The position numbers and the translations under genes are program-made. Positions 23,381 to 37,329 of a stretch of DNA of 64,000 nt are shown here, piece by piece (the stretch's first letter is position 1; every line of letters begins with the position of its first letter). The notes beneath the pieces were generated by a model. It searched no databases. It saw only the letters and a program-made list of their open reading frames with translations, and was not told the origin of the DNA. The DNA is taken from contig OZ024758.1 in NCBI GenBank assembly GCA_964016885.1, forward strand, positions 15,190,001-15,254,000. The letters run 5' to 3'. The stretch is from Eledone cirrhosa (Eukaryota).

Positions 23381-26300
23381 GTTCATATCTTCATAGCAAT
23401 TATATACACTATTATTATTTTCAGTATAATATTTTCGACAATTTCCTATTGATCAAACTAATATTGCATACACGACAAACATAGTTAATTTCAGTGGAAT
23501 GTTGTCGACTGAATAATTAAACTTTTCTGTAACAATTGTATCTTAATATTTAACCCGTTCATGTTCAAACCGACCAGAACCGGCCAGAATTCTCTACCTC
23601 TTTCTGTTGAAACTGGCTGTAACTGGTCACTCAAACTGATGTTAAGGTATTGTTCTCAAAATAAATACTTGCAAAATCTCAGATTCGATATTATGTGAGA
23701 TAATTATGCGAGGTAAAGCCTTTACCATGAAAATATAATAGTATATAGAGACTAATGTGAATGGTAAAGGGGTAAGCATTTCGTAAATATAATTAAGGAG
23801 GCACATGGCTTAGTGGTTAGAGCATTGGCCTTGCAATCGAAAGGTTGTGAGTTCAATTCTCAGACTGGGTGATGTGTTGTTTCCTTGAGCAAGACACTTT
23901 ATTTCACATTGCTCCAGTTTTCTCAGCTGTAGAAATGAGATGATAGGACTGGGGTCACTATCATTCCACTGCAAAGTGGTCGTGGAGGTGCCATGGTAAA
24001 AAAGCACCCAGCACTCACTGTAAAGTGGTTGTGGAGGTGCCACGGCAAAAAAGCATCCAGCACTCACTGTAAATGAGGTTGGTGTTAGGAAGGGCATCCA
24101 GCTGTAGAAATCAAGCCAGAATCAGTTCCCGTCCCACCCTTGCAAGCAGGGAAAAGCGGACGTAAAATGATGAGTGATTTAACCCTTTCCTTTATGACCA
24201 ATTCTGTTTAACCCTTTAGCATTTAAACCGGCCATATCCAGCCAATCTCTCACCTCTTTCTGTTCAAACCAGCTGTAACTGGCCACTCATACTGATATTA
24301 AGGTATTGTTCTCAAAATAATTAAATATCAAAATCTCTTAGATTTGATATTATGTAAGATAATTGTGAGATAAAGCCATTACTGTGAAAATATAAAGGTA
24401 AATATAAAAAAATGTAAATGCTAAAGGGTTAAACTTTAAACACAGTGCTATTAATGTAAAATAATGGAGTCATACTGATTTTAAGGTATTGTTCTTAAAA
24501 TAACATGAAAATCTCAGATTCAATATTTTGAGAGATAAAGTGTTTACCGTGAAAATACAATAGTATATATAGAGTAATGTAAATGCTAAAGGGCTAGAAG
24601 ATAAATTTCTGTATTAAGAATGGTGAATGATATATGTTAATTCTTAAAGTCCTCTACCACATAAAACCACATTGACCCTTTAGAAATTAAACCGGCTGTA
24701 TCCGGCCAGAAGTCTCTCACCTCTTTCTGTTGAAACTGGCTGTAATGAGCTGCTTATACTTATGTTAAGGTATTGTTCTCAAAATTTCATAGATTCGATA
24801 TTATCTGAGATAATTATGTGAAATAGTGTTTACTGTGAAAATACAATAGTAAATATAGAGTAATGTAAATGCTAAAGGGTTAACAAGAAATTCTTGACAA
24901 GTATAAAACAGTGCTACTGCTGTATTATATTAAAAATTAACAACTTTTCCCTAATACAGCAAATGTTCACATCAATCTGTCCGCTAGTAAAGCTGCCATA
25001 AACCTTCTAAATCATTACAAGATGTTAAGTTCTTATAGTTTATTCTCAGGTAAGCTACAATGTTGATTTTTATGACCAAATTTGTTCCAACAATAACCCT
25101 TTAGCATTTACATTACTCTATATATACTATTATATTTTCACAGTATTTTCACATAGTATTGAATCTATGGGATTTTGATTTTATTTATTTTGAGAGCAGT
25201 ACCTTAACATCAGTATGTTATGGCTGGTTTGAACAGAAATAGGTGAGAGAATTCTGGCCGGATATGGCTGGGTTAAATATCTCATCTATGACTACATAAT
25301 CTAGTATTTCTGGGCAGGGTGGGGGCAGATAAGGTGTCACTTTAGAGAAATTTGACTGCTATTTATAGCAGATCAAGTGACACTTATAATAGGGCAGGGA
25401 TCTCCAAACCTTTTAAACTATTGACCTCTTCATGTAATCTTTGACCCTTTGCATGTATAAAAATAGATATATAAATCAGTAAACTTTAAATTTAAGGAGT
25501 ATTTCATGAGGTGTGATAGTAAATTTAAGGAATATTTCATGGAGTGATAGTAAATTTAAGGAAGATTTAGTGGGGTGTGATAGATTTAACCCTTTAACAT
25601 TTACATTACTCTATTTATACTATTGTAATTTTGTGGTAAAAGCTTTGTTTTACATAATTATCGCACATAATATCAAATCTGAGATATTGATTTTATTTTG
25701 AGAACAATCAATACCTTAACATCAGTATGAGTTGCCAGTTTGAACAGAAAGAGGTGAGAGTTTTGGCCGGATACAGCCGGTTTAAATGCTAAAGGGTTAA
25801 GGAGTATTCCGTGAGGTGTGATAGTAAATTTAAGGAGTATTTAGTGGGGTGTGATAGTAAATTTAAGGAACAGTTCAGTCAGTTAACAAATGTATGTACT
25901 TAACAACCGAGACATTCTATATCTAAAATATTTCTTACTAACAAATTTGCCAGCACCATAAAAGTGTTGCGTAGATTTCATTGAAAAACTATTCAAAATA
26001 ACTTTATTACTAACCATTTCTGATAAGATGTTAAACTGTGGTGTAGTAGGTAGGGTGGTGGTATCTCCAAAATCTAACAGATTCCACATCATTTGAGCTC
26101 CTCCACAAGATTGGAACATTAGCAGCCCATCTGAGGAGGAAGCCCTAGGAGGTGGGGTGGCTGTTACAGCGAGTGTCACTGACCATTGTCTGCGGGGGGT
26201 GCAGCCCCTTTTCCGCCGTGCCCTAGGCCCAGAGCCCAATCATCCTCCCCCCTTCCCGTTTTTCTGTGACACTAGAGTCCTTTGCCATTCCCTCCTTTTT

Positions 26301-26697
26301 GGGATTTTTCTCTTTTTTCTTTATATTTTCCTATTTTACATTCCATTCTTCTCAACCTAAATTTTCTTTTTTTTTTTTCTTTTTTTATTAAACTGTATTT
26401 ATGATATATTCCATGGGTGTGTGTAACAGCGGCCCATGGGCCACAATCCGCCCCGCCAGACCGGCCCACGATGGCCGTTTTTCATTTTCACCTTGTAGGA
26501 TTATTTAGAATTTTTTTCGTAACCGTAATACTTCTGTTTAGTTGACCTATACTAAAGGGCTTCACTGATAGGGTTGTGTGTGTTAGTTGACCTATACTAA
26601 AGGGCTTCACTGATAGGGTTATGTTTGTTATAATTTCCCAGTTCCATGTTATGGAAGTAGTTGTAGTGAATCATTGGAATAGTGCTTAATAAATATT

Positions 26698-26910
26698 GTT
26701 TCTATTTTAGGCACAAGGCCAGCAAATACCCAGTACATTACTGGTACTTTATTTTATCGACCCCGTAAGGATGAAAACAAAGTTAACCTCGGCGGGATTT
26801 GAACTCAGATCATAAAGGGATGTAACTCTATGCTTCAAAGCATGGTGTCCGACTCTCTACGGATACTGCCAATCCACCGCCCTAGTGGATTGGCAGTATC
26901 CGTAGAGAGC
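26698..26910 (-). mobile_element. SINE family A with 20-bp TSD and a fold-back copy of its 5' end
   Basis: TSD AATAGTGCTTAATAAATATT at 26678-26697 and 26913-26932; 26885-26909 is the reverse complement of the SINE 5' segment. Confidence 0.8.
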
Positions 26911-27993
26911 TTAATAGTGCTTAATAAATATTAATTGTTTCTACTTTTGGCACAAGGCCAGCAATTACCCAGTGCATTACTGGTACTTTATTTTATCAAC
27001 CCCATAAGGATGAAAGGCAAAGTCAACCTCGGCGGGATTTGAACTCAGATCGTAAAGGGACGTAACTATGCTGGAAAGCATGGCGTCCGACCCTCCACCG
27101 ATACTGCCAATCCATGGCCCCTAATAGTTGTTCCAATGTTCAAAAGTGGTCCCCCAATGGAATGGAATATGCACACCCCTGATATATTCCATAAATGAAA
27201 TTTTATAACATTCTACTAGACAATAACTTCACATTTGGGTTTTTTTTTCTCTTTAATAAATAGTTGATTTTATTTGATTTTATTACCTTTTTCTTTCTAT
27301 TTTTCAATCTAAAATAAGATTTTTGGTTGAAAAATTAGCTAAATTCTTTTGTCATTTATTTTTCAAATGAAGAAAGTTTATCAATAACTCCTTGAAGTTA
27401 AATCGCCCCAAATCTCTTAATAAATCTGTCTATAGTAGAACTCTCTATTAATAAAGAAATAAAACGTCTGTTTTGTCTTTAAATGAATTAATTGTACGTT
27501 ATTTTCATGAAACTGCACTCACTGTCACGAGTCGCTTTCCCTCCTCCCGTTATGTTTTAGTGTTTATTTTATTTATATATATATATATATGTGTGTATAT
27601 ATATGTTTTCATGCTTATTTTTTCTTTAAACTTTCAAGATGGTTGTTAGAGGCGGGGGAGGTGGATGAATCATGACATATTGTCTTTCCATTGTAAAACT
27701 ATGTAACAAGTTTGAATGGTAGTTTTTTTTTTCCTCCTAATTATAGATTTCTATGTAACTGGATGTGTTGTAAAAGAAAGCTAGCTGTTAACAGTGAATG
27801 ACTTTTAGCTTAAGTGATCTATTCAAGTTGTAGGTGCAAGTTACTTCCCTTTGGCAAATGCTAGCTGTTCTGTATTTCAATCGAATTTTTTTAACCAAAT
27901 AACTTATTTTGGTAATTAAAATTAGTTCTATATTAATATACGTACGTACGTACGTACGTACGTACGTACGTACATACATACATACATACATAC

Positions 27994-28360
27994 ATGGTGG
28001 CTGCCAACTCGTTTTCGAGTACGGCCACTACTTTATATCCATGTAGGACAATTATTGACACAGTGCTGGGCCCATGGTACCATGTGATGACAAGGGCAGA
28101 GAGATCTCCAGATATAAAGTAATGCCTGTGCCGTGAAGCTTTTATAGTGAGCAAAGGCACTGCACAAAGCCAGTCCCACTCTCTTAACCAAGATGATATT
28201 TACCAAAAAGAACAAGTCAGCATCGTTGGATATCATCAGGGTTGCAGGTGTTATATCAGTTTTCCTTCTCCTAGAATTCTGCCTTGACAAAGGCTAAGGG
28301 GTCATCTCTCCCGGTGATTTTGGATGGCCATTGACTCTTAAGAGCTCCTTTGCCCTTTGA
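27994..28360. mobile_element. Unclassified interspersed repeat, copy 2 (inverted relative to 17625-18043)
   Basis: GGTGGCTGCCAACTCGTTTTCGAGTACGGCCAC ... CCTTTGCCCTTTGA; lacks an internal segment of ~60 bp. Confidence 0.75.
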
Positions 28361-28386
28361 TACATACGTACATACATACATACATG

Positions 28387-28418
<32 letters not shown>

Positions 28419-29508
28419 CACCGCGGTGTGGATTTTACATTCTTTCTCTCTCTCCAGCAGATTTCAGACAGTTGAATAGGAAGTGAGAAAGAGATATAGA
28501 AAGGAAGAATTGACTCCAGTACTTAACTGGTACTATTTTTATCAACTTCGAATGGATGAAAGGCAAAGTTGACCTCGCCTAGATTTGAACTCGGATAACA
28601 GTGAGCCAGAAGGAATACCACAAAGTATTCTATCTGACGTTCTAACATCTCTGCCAATTCACCACCTTGTAATCAAATATTGAGGCCTTGTATCTATCTT
28701 ATGTAACATCTGTGAGCATTGTATTCCTGTGTGTTGTTAGAGGTAACTAAAAAGGTTGGCACCAGGTAGGGCATTTAGTTGTAAAATATTGCCTTCAAAA
28801 AAAGGACCACATGATGTGTTTGAAACTTTTTATGGGCCCACAAAGCTAATCTCTGCTTTGATAGGGAAAAATTGCCTTTAACCCTTTAATATTCAAACCG
28901 TCCAAAACCGGCCAGAATTCTCTACCTCTTTCTGTTGAAACTGGCTGTAACTGGTCGCTCAAACTGATGTTAAGGTATTGTTCTCAAAATAAATACTTTC
29001 AAAATCTCAGATTCATTATTATGTGAGATCGCTAGAGGGTCGGACACCATGCTTTGCAGCAAAGAGTTACGGCCCTTTATGGGCTGAGTTCAAATCCCGC
29101 CGAGGTTAACTTTGCCTTTCATCCTTACGGGGGTCGATAAAATAAAGTACCAGTAATACACTGGGATAATTGCTGGCCTTCTTGTGCCAAAAGGTAGAAA
29201 CAATTATGTGAGATAAAGCCTTTATCATGAAAATATAATAGTATATATAGAGTAATGTGAATGCTAAAGGGTTAAAATGCTTATGAACATTTGTAAATAT
29301 ATCTCTTTGATTGTGTAACATTATCTATAAACAACCATTTTATAATCATATTAACATGTATGTATATATGTATGCTTGTGTGTATGTGAGTATATATATA
29401 TATATATGCCTGTATGTGTATTTGTTTGTATATATAGTGTATGTATATTTATACACACACACCCACCTTACCAAAAGTAATAGTGGAATACTCCATCATA
29501 ATCACACA

Positions 29509-29549
<41 letters not shown>

Positions 29550-29554
29550 ACACA

Positions 29555-30550
29555 TCTATATATATAAAGTTGTAGTTCCTGTCTCTGTTTATTTTTTTTT
29601 GTTTGTTCACAAACCTCTCCTATGGTTTTGGAGATAGACCCCCATAACCATATATATTCTGAAACTACATTGCCCAGGGTACTTGGATAAGTATATTTCA
29701 TTTTAATCAAAGGGTTCCCGGGGGGCACAAACCCCCGCTCAAAATTTCTTCCCTTCGATTTATATGAAATTTAAACCATAGGTAAATGACAAGATATGCC
29801 TATTCAGCAAATTTCAATAAGATTAAGACACCCTAATGGGGGTTAAACCCCCTGTAGTGAAAGTTTTGGCCAATAAATGGAACAAGATGTGTTGTAACAA
29901 GATTGCATGAGAACTTGATTGAAGCAACCATTATATTCGGGGCTTACAAAGGTCAAGCTGTTCTCATTCCGAGGATTCCACTTATACCAAGTCATAGCGA
30001 GTTGCCTTTTACATGCAAGAGGCTGCAGTTTCCAGTGAAGCTATGCTTTGCCATAAGCATCAATAAGAGTCAAGATCAAACTTTCAAAACGATTGTTTAG
30101 ATCTGACAAACCCATGTTTCAGTCATGGCATGTTTTATGTGGCCGTTTCAAGGACTGGAACTTCAAAAAATCTCTACATTTTAACCAATCAAAGAAAGAC
30201 AATGTTGTTTACCCTGAAGTTCATTAGGACAAAGTATGAAATATATTTTCATGTATTTATTATATTAAAAAATAAATAATTAAACTTTGAATTTCTAATT
30301 TGAAAATAATGCTTTACACAAAAATGAAATTTTTGAATTGATATTTTGAAAAAAAATTATTTACAAGAAACAAAATAAGAATAAGATTTAATAATGTAAT
30401 TTTAATTTGAAATATTACAAAAAATGTTTTCCAATTTTTCATGCATTACATTTTACATTGAGTAATATTGAAATGCAGAGATTTTCTTCATAAACTACAT
30501 CACTGATTAAAAAAAAAATGTGTGAAACGCAGCAAGGCGCGGGTAATATA
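29555..30550 (+). mobile_element. Internally deleted (non-autonomous) Helitron
   Basis: 5' A|TCTATATATATAAAG start typical of animal Helitrons; helicase remnant; 3' GC-rich hairpin CGCAGCAAGGCGCG (30528-30541); terminal CTAG is not preserved. Confidence 0.8.
29876..30227 (+). pseudogene. PIF1-family (Helitron RepHel) helicase C-terminal fragment, frameshifted
   Basis: NGTRCVV..NLIEATI..GQAVLIPRIPLIPS..LPFTCKRLQFPVKLCFAISINKSQDQT / LDLTNPCFSHGMFYVAVSR / NVVYPEV*; frameshifts near 30095 and 30200. Confidence 0.92.
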
Positions 30551-30859
30551 TGTATGTATGCTTGTGTGTATGTGAGTATATATTATATATATATATGCCT
30601 GTGTATGTATTTGTTTGTGTGTGTATATATAGGTATGTCGGTATGTGTAGACACACACACACACCTTACCAAAAGTGGAATACGCCATCATAATCACTCC
30701 CCCCCCCCACTCACACACACACATATATGTATATATATATATATTTATTTGTGTGTTTATGTATGTGTTTATGTAAACATAGATTCTTGTTACATTATCT
30801 GTAAATAGAGAATCATTCCAGAAATACTTAACATGTCTTGAGTGAAAATTACAATAGTT

Positions 30860-31545
30860 TCCTGCCACCCCGTCCAACCCCCACCCCTTGCCACCCTGAT
30901 TAACTCTCCTCACCCCTGTCAAACTTTCCCACCTCTGTCCAACCTCTCAGTCCCTTCCAACACCCCTTGCCACCCTGAATAATTTCCCTCATTCCACCCA
31001 CCCCGTCCAACTTCCTGCACCCCTATGCAGCCTCTAACCACCCTGTCCAACCTCCACCCCCTTCCAACCACTCACCCTCCCATCCAACCTCCCTCACTAC
31101 CCAATTCTCACCCTATCCACCTCTCTGCCCACCCTTCCACACTACCCCATTCTCACCCTATCCACCTATCCAACCACCTCACCCTATCCACCCTTGCCCA
31201 ACCTCCCTCACTACCCAATTCTCACCCCCACCCATCCAACCACCTCACCCTATCCACCCTTGTCCAACCTTCCACACTACCCCATTCTCACCCTATCCAC
31301 CTATCCAACCCACCTCACCCTATCCAACCCACCTCACCCTAACCAACCCACCTCACCCTAACCAACCCACCTCACTCACCCCCTCCCCAACCAACCCACC
31401 TCACCCTATCCAACCCACCTCACTCACGCCCTCCCCAACCAACCCACCTCACCCTATCCAACCCACCTCACTCACCCCCTCCCCAACCAACCCACCTCAC
31501 CCTATCCAACCCACCTCACTCACCCCCTCCCCAACCAACCCACCT
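30860..31545. repeat. C-rich minisatellite (CCAACCCACCTCACCCTAT-like units)
   Basis: Strong C-strand bias with many CCC runs. Confidence 0.85.
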
Positions 31546-31973
31546 CTCACATGATATTTAAAGTACTGCAACAGAATAAAAAAAAAACAACCTCCTTTTA
31601 ACCAGCTGCTTCAAAGATCAAAAAAAACATAGAATAACACAAACTTCAAACAAGCACTCCCCATCCCTTCTATTTTAAGGGGGTGGAGGTAGGTAAGTAA
31701 GGGTAGAAATAGGGGTAAATAGAGGGGAACTAATTCTTTGTTTTTCAGGAGGTTTTGTGTGTGTGTTTTGTGTTTATCAGAAAACTCTCCTTGTAAATAA
31801 ATATTTTTAATTTGTTCTAAATCATAACACACAGATTTACAAGTTTTGCTTGGCTAAAGTTTCTGATTAAAACTGAACAAGCTTTGTTTACCTAAAGAAA
31901 TTATATTGTTTTGTTAAGATTGTTTGTTTAAAAAGTTAATCTCCTGACAGCATTTGGGAGAGGGACTTGTGCC

Positions 31974-32586
31974 TTGTTGTTGCGGTTGCGGTGGTTGCTG
32001 TTGTGGTGGTTGTTTTTGTTATTTTTGTTGTGGTGGTTGTTTTTGTTGTGTTGGTTGTTGTGGTGGTTGTTTTTGTTGTTGTTGCTGTTGTGGTGGTTGT
32101 TTTTGTTGTGATGGTTGCTGTGGTGGTGGTTGTGGTTGTTGCTGTGGTGGTGGTTGCTGTAGTGGTGGTTGTTGTTGTTGCTGTGGTGGTGGTTGTTGTT
32201 GTTGTGGTTGTTGCGGCGGTGGTGGTGGTTGTTGTGGTGGTTGTGGTTGTTGCTGTGGTGGTGGTTGTTGCGGTGGTTGCTGTGGTGGTGGTGGTTGTTG
32301 CGGTGGTTGCTGTGGTGGTGGTGGTGGTTGTTGTTGTTGCTGTGGTGGTGGTGGTTGTGGTTGTTGCTGTGGTGGTGGTTGTGGTTGTTGCTGTGGTGGT
32401 GGTTGTTGTTGGTGGTGTTGCTGTTGTAGTTGTAGTTGTAATTGCTGTTGCAAGTTGTTGTAATTGCTGTGGCTGCTGTTGTAGTTGTTGTAGTTGTAGT
32501 GGCTGCTGTTGTAGTTGTTGTTGTTGTAGTTGCTGTGGTTGTTGCTGTTGTGGTTGCTGTTGCTGTAGTTGCTGTTGTAGTTGTTA
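31974..32586. repeat. (GTT/GGT/GCT)n trinucleotide tract
   Basis: Directly visible. Confidence 0.95.
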
Positions 32587-32716
32587 TACTGTCAACATTT
32601 CTCAGGCTGTTAACTTCTTCAAATCTTCAAAGACAAACACACAATTAGGTTTAAAATCAGTGGTTTAGTTCAGTGAAATGCTAGCTGCTTGTCATTACAT
32701 TTCATTCAGATGATAA

Positions 32717-33930
32717 TACACACACTCACACACTCACACACGCACACTCACTCACACACACAGATAATATATACATACATGTATATATACACACACATAA
32801 TACATGCATACATGTATATATATACATACATATATGTAATAAATATATACATACATATGTAATAAATATATACATACATATGTAATAAATATATACATAC
32901 ATACATATATGTAATAAATATATACATACATACATATATGTAATAAATATATACATACATAAATACATATATTTATATATACATTTATATTTCTGTGTGC
33001 GTATGTATGTTCATGTACATGTTTATTTATGAGTGTATGAGCCTGTATATATGTGTGTATGTGTGGATATATATATATATCTACACACACAAGCGCACAC
33101 ACACAAGCACACACACACACACAAGCACACACACACACACACGCGCACACGCACGCACGCACGCACGCACGCACGCGCGCACGCGCACGCACACACGCAC
33201 GCACGCACACACGCACACGCACGCACACACGCACACAAGCACACAAGCACACACACACACACACAAGCACACACAAGCACACATACATAAGCACACATAC
33301 ACACACAAGCACACACACAAGCACACACACAAGCACACATACACAAGCACACATACACACACACACACGCACACATATGGTGCTGTTGTAATCACTTGGT
33401 GGGTGTTGGCAGCTGTTGCTTGTTCACTTTGTTTTGTCAGTTTTGGGAGTTTTAAGATCTGACCAACCATGATAAATACTAGTTAGTAGAAAAACAGTTA
33501 AATATTCTGGCTTACCAACAATCTGGGCTTGTGTGTGTGCTTGTGTGTGTGCATGTGTGTGCTTGTGTGTGCATGTGTGTGCGTGTGTGTGCATGTGTGC
33601 GTGTGTGTGCTTGTGTGTGCTTGTGTGTGTGTGTGTGCTTGTGTGTGTGCTTGTGTGTGTGTGTGCTTGTGTGTGTGTGTGCTTGTGTGTGTGTGTGCTT
33701 GTGTGTGCTTATGTGTGTGTGTGTGTGTGCTTGTGTGTGTGTGTGTGTGCGTGTGTGTGTGTGCTTGTGTGTGTGCGTGCTTGTGTGTGTGCGTGCTTGT
33801 GTGTGCTTGTGGACCTTCCTATTAATTGAAAACACGCATACATTCACACTCACTCACAAACGCACTCACACTCACATATGCACACCCAGGCATGCACATA
33901 CATGCACACACACATTCACCCACTCACTGT
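32717..33930. repeat. Opposed (CA)n and (TG)n compound microsatellites
   Basis: CACACAAG-type block 33083-33376 and complementary CTTGTGTG-type block 33528-33810. Confidence 0.9.
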
Positions 33931-34615
33931 CAAGTCACAACATTAATAGAGAGGGTGTCAGATTGGCAGAAATGTTAGAGCACCAGACAAAATGTTTTGT
34001 AGTATTTAGTTAAGTTCTTCACATTCTGAGTTCAAATCCCACCAAGGTTAACTTTGCCTTTCATCCTTCCAAGGTTGATAAAATAAATCATCGGTAATAA
34101 TTGGTTCTACTTTTGGCACAAGGCCAGCAATTACCCAGTGTATTACTGGTACTTTATTTTATCGACCCCGTAAGGATGAAAGGCAAAGTTAACCTCGACG
34201 GGATTTGAACTCAGACCGTAAAGGGACGTAACTATGCTGGAACGCATGGCGTCCGGCCCTCTACCGATACTGCCAATCCACCGCCCTTAAACCACCACCA
34301 CCAATAATAATAATAATAATGATGATAATTGTTTCTACTTTAGGCACAAGACCAGCAATTTGAAAGTGAGGGGAAAGTCGATCTAGATGCTAAAGGGTTA
34401 AATACCAGATAAATATTGAGACCTTTCCAAATTCTTACATATTTAAAATTTATGGGCACAGTTTTTCATTAGAAATATGGAACCAAAAGAGTTAAGGCCA
34501 AATATATAAGTTATGAAATAAATAGTTTTATATTTCTGTGGCAATTCTCCAATATTATTACTTGTGTTATGCCAAGTCAATGATGGAGTGTCTCTACAGT
34601 CACTTTTCATCAGAC

Positions 34616-34932
34616 AAGGGTCAGCTGAAAGGTTCATAGGCTGACCAAGATACTCTCATGGAATCACCAAATGAGGTTTATTTTTCAACATGGTCCCTAG
34701 AGAGAAACATTGCAGTTATTAAGAAGAGTTGAGGGTCAGCTAAAAAGTTCATAGGCTGACCAAGATACTCTCAGGGAATGACCAAATGAGGTTTATTTTT
34801 CAACATAGTCCCTAGAAAGAAGCAATGCAGTTATTAATAAGAGTTTATAGGCTGGCCAAGATACTCTCATGGAATGACCAAATGAGGTTTATTTTTCAAC
34901 GTAGCTCCAGGAAAGAAACAATGCAGTTATTA
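34616..34932. repeat. Three tandem ~100-115-bp units resembling a mariner-type terminal sequence
   Basis: GAGGGTCAGCT(G/A)AAA(G/A)GTTCATAGGCTGACCAAGATACTCTC... repeated; the mariner assignment is inference. Confidence 0.55.
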
Positions 34933-36352
34933 ATAATTGTTTCTATTTTAGGCACAAGGCCAGCAATTACCCAGTACATTACTGGTACTTTGTTTTATCG
35001 ACTCCGTAAGGATAAAAGGCAAAGTTAACCTCGGCAGGATTTGAACTTAGATCGTAAAGGGACGTAACTATGCTGGAAAGCATGTCCAACCCGATACTGC
35101 CAATAATAATTGAAATTAATGCATGCAAGATTTCACAGCTCTAGCATCACTCCTCCGTAGTCAGCCTACCATGTAAATCAGTCTGACCATTAAAGTATTT
35201 TCTAGATTCTGTTAACATTGTAATAATATTCCTCCTTTGTTTGTTTTTTTCATAATCAAGGGTTCCTCTATAATGGTTTCTGATTCAGGCACAAAGCCAA
35301 TGATTCTAGGGGAGAGGAAAGTCAATTAAATCAACCCCAGTGCGTTACTGTTATTTTAATTTCTCAATCCCAGAAGAATGAAGTGCAAAGTTAATCTTAT
35401 CAACCCTTTAACATTTACATTACTCTATATTTACTATTGTATTTTTGTAGTAAAGACTTTCTCACATAATATCAAATCTATGAGATTTTGATGTTATTCA
35501 TTTTGAGGACAATATCTTAACATCAGTATGAGTGGCCAGTTTAAACAGAAAGAGGTGAGAGAATTCTGGCCAGATATGACCGGTTGAAATCCTAAAGAGT
35601 TAATCCTTTAACATGTACATTACTCTATATATACTATGGGTTTTTTTTTGGGGGGGGGGGGGGCTTTATCTCACATAATATCGAATCTACGCGATTTTGA
35701 TGTTATTTATTTTGAGAACAATATCTTAACATCAGTATGAGTGGCTTGTTATTGTCGGTTTGAACAGAAAGAGGTGAGAGAATTCTGGCTGGATACGGCC
35801 GGTTTAAATGCTAAAGAGTTAATCTAAAAAATCTAAAAATAATATTCCTAAAATTTAAATGTTTAATAAGTACAATACAACAAAAAAATAAATATTAATT
35901 TTTTTTCACATGCAATCAGCTGATTACTAATACATCATTAACGAAGATCAAACAGCTATAATTAGCCATGTGTAGTAGCTCAACTAGCCAACTTTTACTT
36001 GGCAATATACACCTTTCTTACTGAAGCTATTCAATTAAGGTAATTCAATTATTAAATGATAAAAAAAAAAAACTTGACAAAACTTTCTTTTATTCCACTC
36101 AATGTTTGTATAATGTGTGGTTTTATATACATAATTAAAAGTTTTAATCTATAAAAAAATTATTGGTGGGGCGGGAAGAAATACCCTAGAGGCTTTTTAT
36201 ATTTATTTACTCTTGAGAATTGTTATTCTCAGGATCTTCACATATAATGAATTGGAAGCTAATCAGAAGATAAAAAAGTAATTAGAGATAAAGTTAGATA
36301 ATCATTCTACATATGTTGGTAAATTGATAGAATTTTTAAAGAATTAGATTTA

Positions 36353-36945
36353 ACCCATTTACATTTACATTACCAAGAAAATACAATAGTAATATAGAGT
36401 AAAGGTTTTACCTCACATAATTATCTCGCATTTTGATGTTATTTGTTTTGAGAACAATACCTTAACATCGGTATGATTGGCCAGTTAAAGCTGGTTTGAA
36501 CAGAAAGAGGTGAAAGAATTCTGGCCGGATATGGCCGGTTTGAATGCTAAAGGATTAACCCTTTCACATTACTCTATATTTACTATTATATTTTCACGGT
36601 AAAGGTTTTACCTCTCATAATATCGAATGAATGAAATTTTGATATTATTTATTTTGAGAACAATACCTTAACACCAGTATGAGTGGCCTGTTTCAGCTGG
36701 TTTGAACAGAAAGAAGTGAGATAATTCTGGCCGGCTACAGCCTGTTTGAATGCTAAAGGATTAACCCTATATTTACTATTATATTTTCACGGTAAAGGTT
36801 TTACCTCGCATAATTATCTCATCCCACATAATATTGAATCTATGAGATTTTTGTTATTTATTTTGAAAACAATACCTTAACATCAGTATGAGTGGCTAGT
36901 TAGAGCTAGTTTGAAGAGTAAGAAGTGAGAGAATTCTGGCCGGAT
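36353..36945 (+). mobile_element. Tandem array of three piggyBac-type MITEs joined at single TTAA sites
   Basis: Junctions ..GCTAAAGGA-TTAA-CCCT.. at ~36555 and ~36761. Confidence 0.8.
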
Positions 36946-37011
36946 ACTAAAAACAGCAACAAAATTTCCTTCAAATCACATCCAACCTTCTTACAAAAGG
37001 GTACACTAGAC

Positions 37012-37329
37012 CAGTGCTACTCAAAAGTGGTGGTTCGTGGACCGGTGCCAGTACGTGGCCTTTCACACTAGTAAAGATTAAGGTTATGTAATTTTTATTT
37101 TTGTGTTAATAAACTGCTTGTTATTTTTTTTATTACTTTTTTTTTGTTTTGATATTGTATTATTTGTTTACAAAATAAATAGAATATAAAAAAAATGGTC
37201 AACTTTTATTATATTCATTATATATATCGTTTCCAGTATAAATTAATATTACTACGAAATATTAGCGGTACGTGGGACATTGAAAAAAAAAATGGTGGTC
37301 CGCCACATCAGATAGTTTGAGAAGCACTG
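37012..37329. mobile_element. hAT (Charlie-like) MITE
   Basis: TIR CAGTGCTACTCAAA / TTTGAGAAGCACTG; 8-bp TSD CACTAGAC (37004-37011) and CACTAGAT (37330-37337). Confidence 0.9.

Noticed and set aside
25883-26360. 118-aa and 67-aa ORFs in moderately GC-rich sequence
   Set aside because: No recognisable domain, non-ATG starts, and the region looks like a retroelement UTR relic
31954-32668. Cys/Gly-rich (metallothionein- or keratin-associated-like) and Gln/Pro-rich ORFs
   Set aside because: Trinucleotide microsatellite open in all frames, with no supporting gene structure
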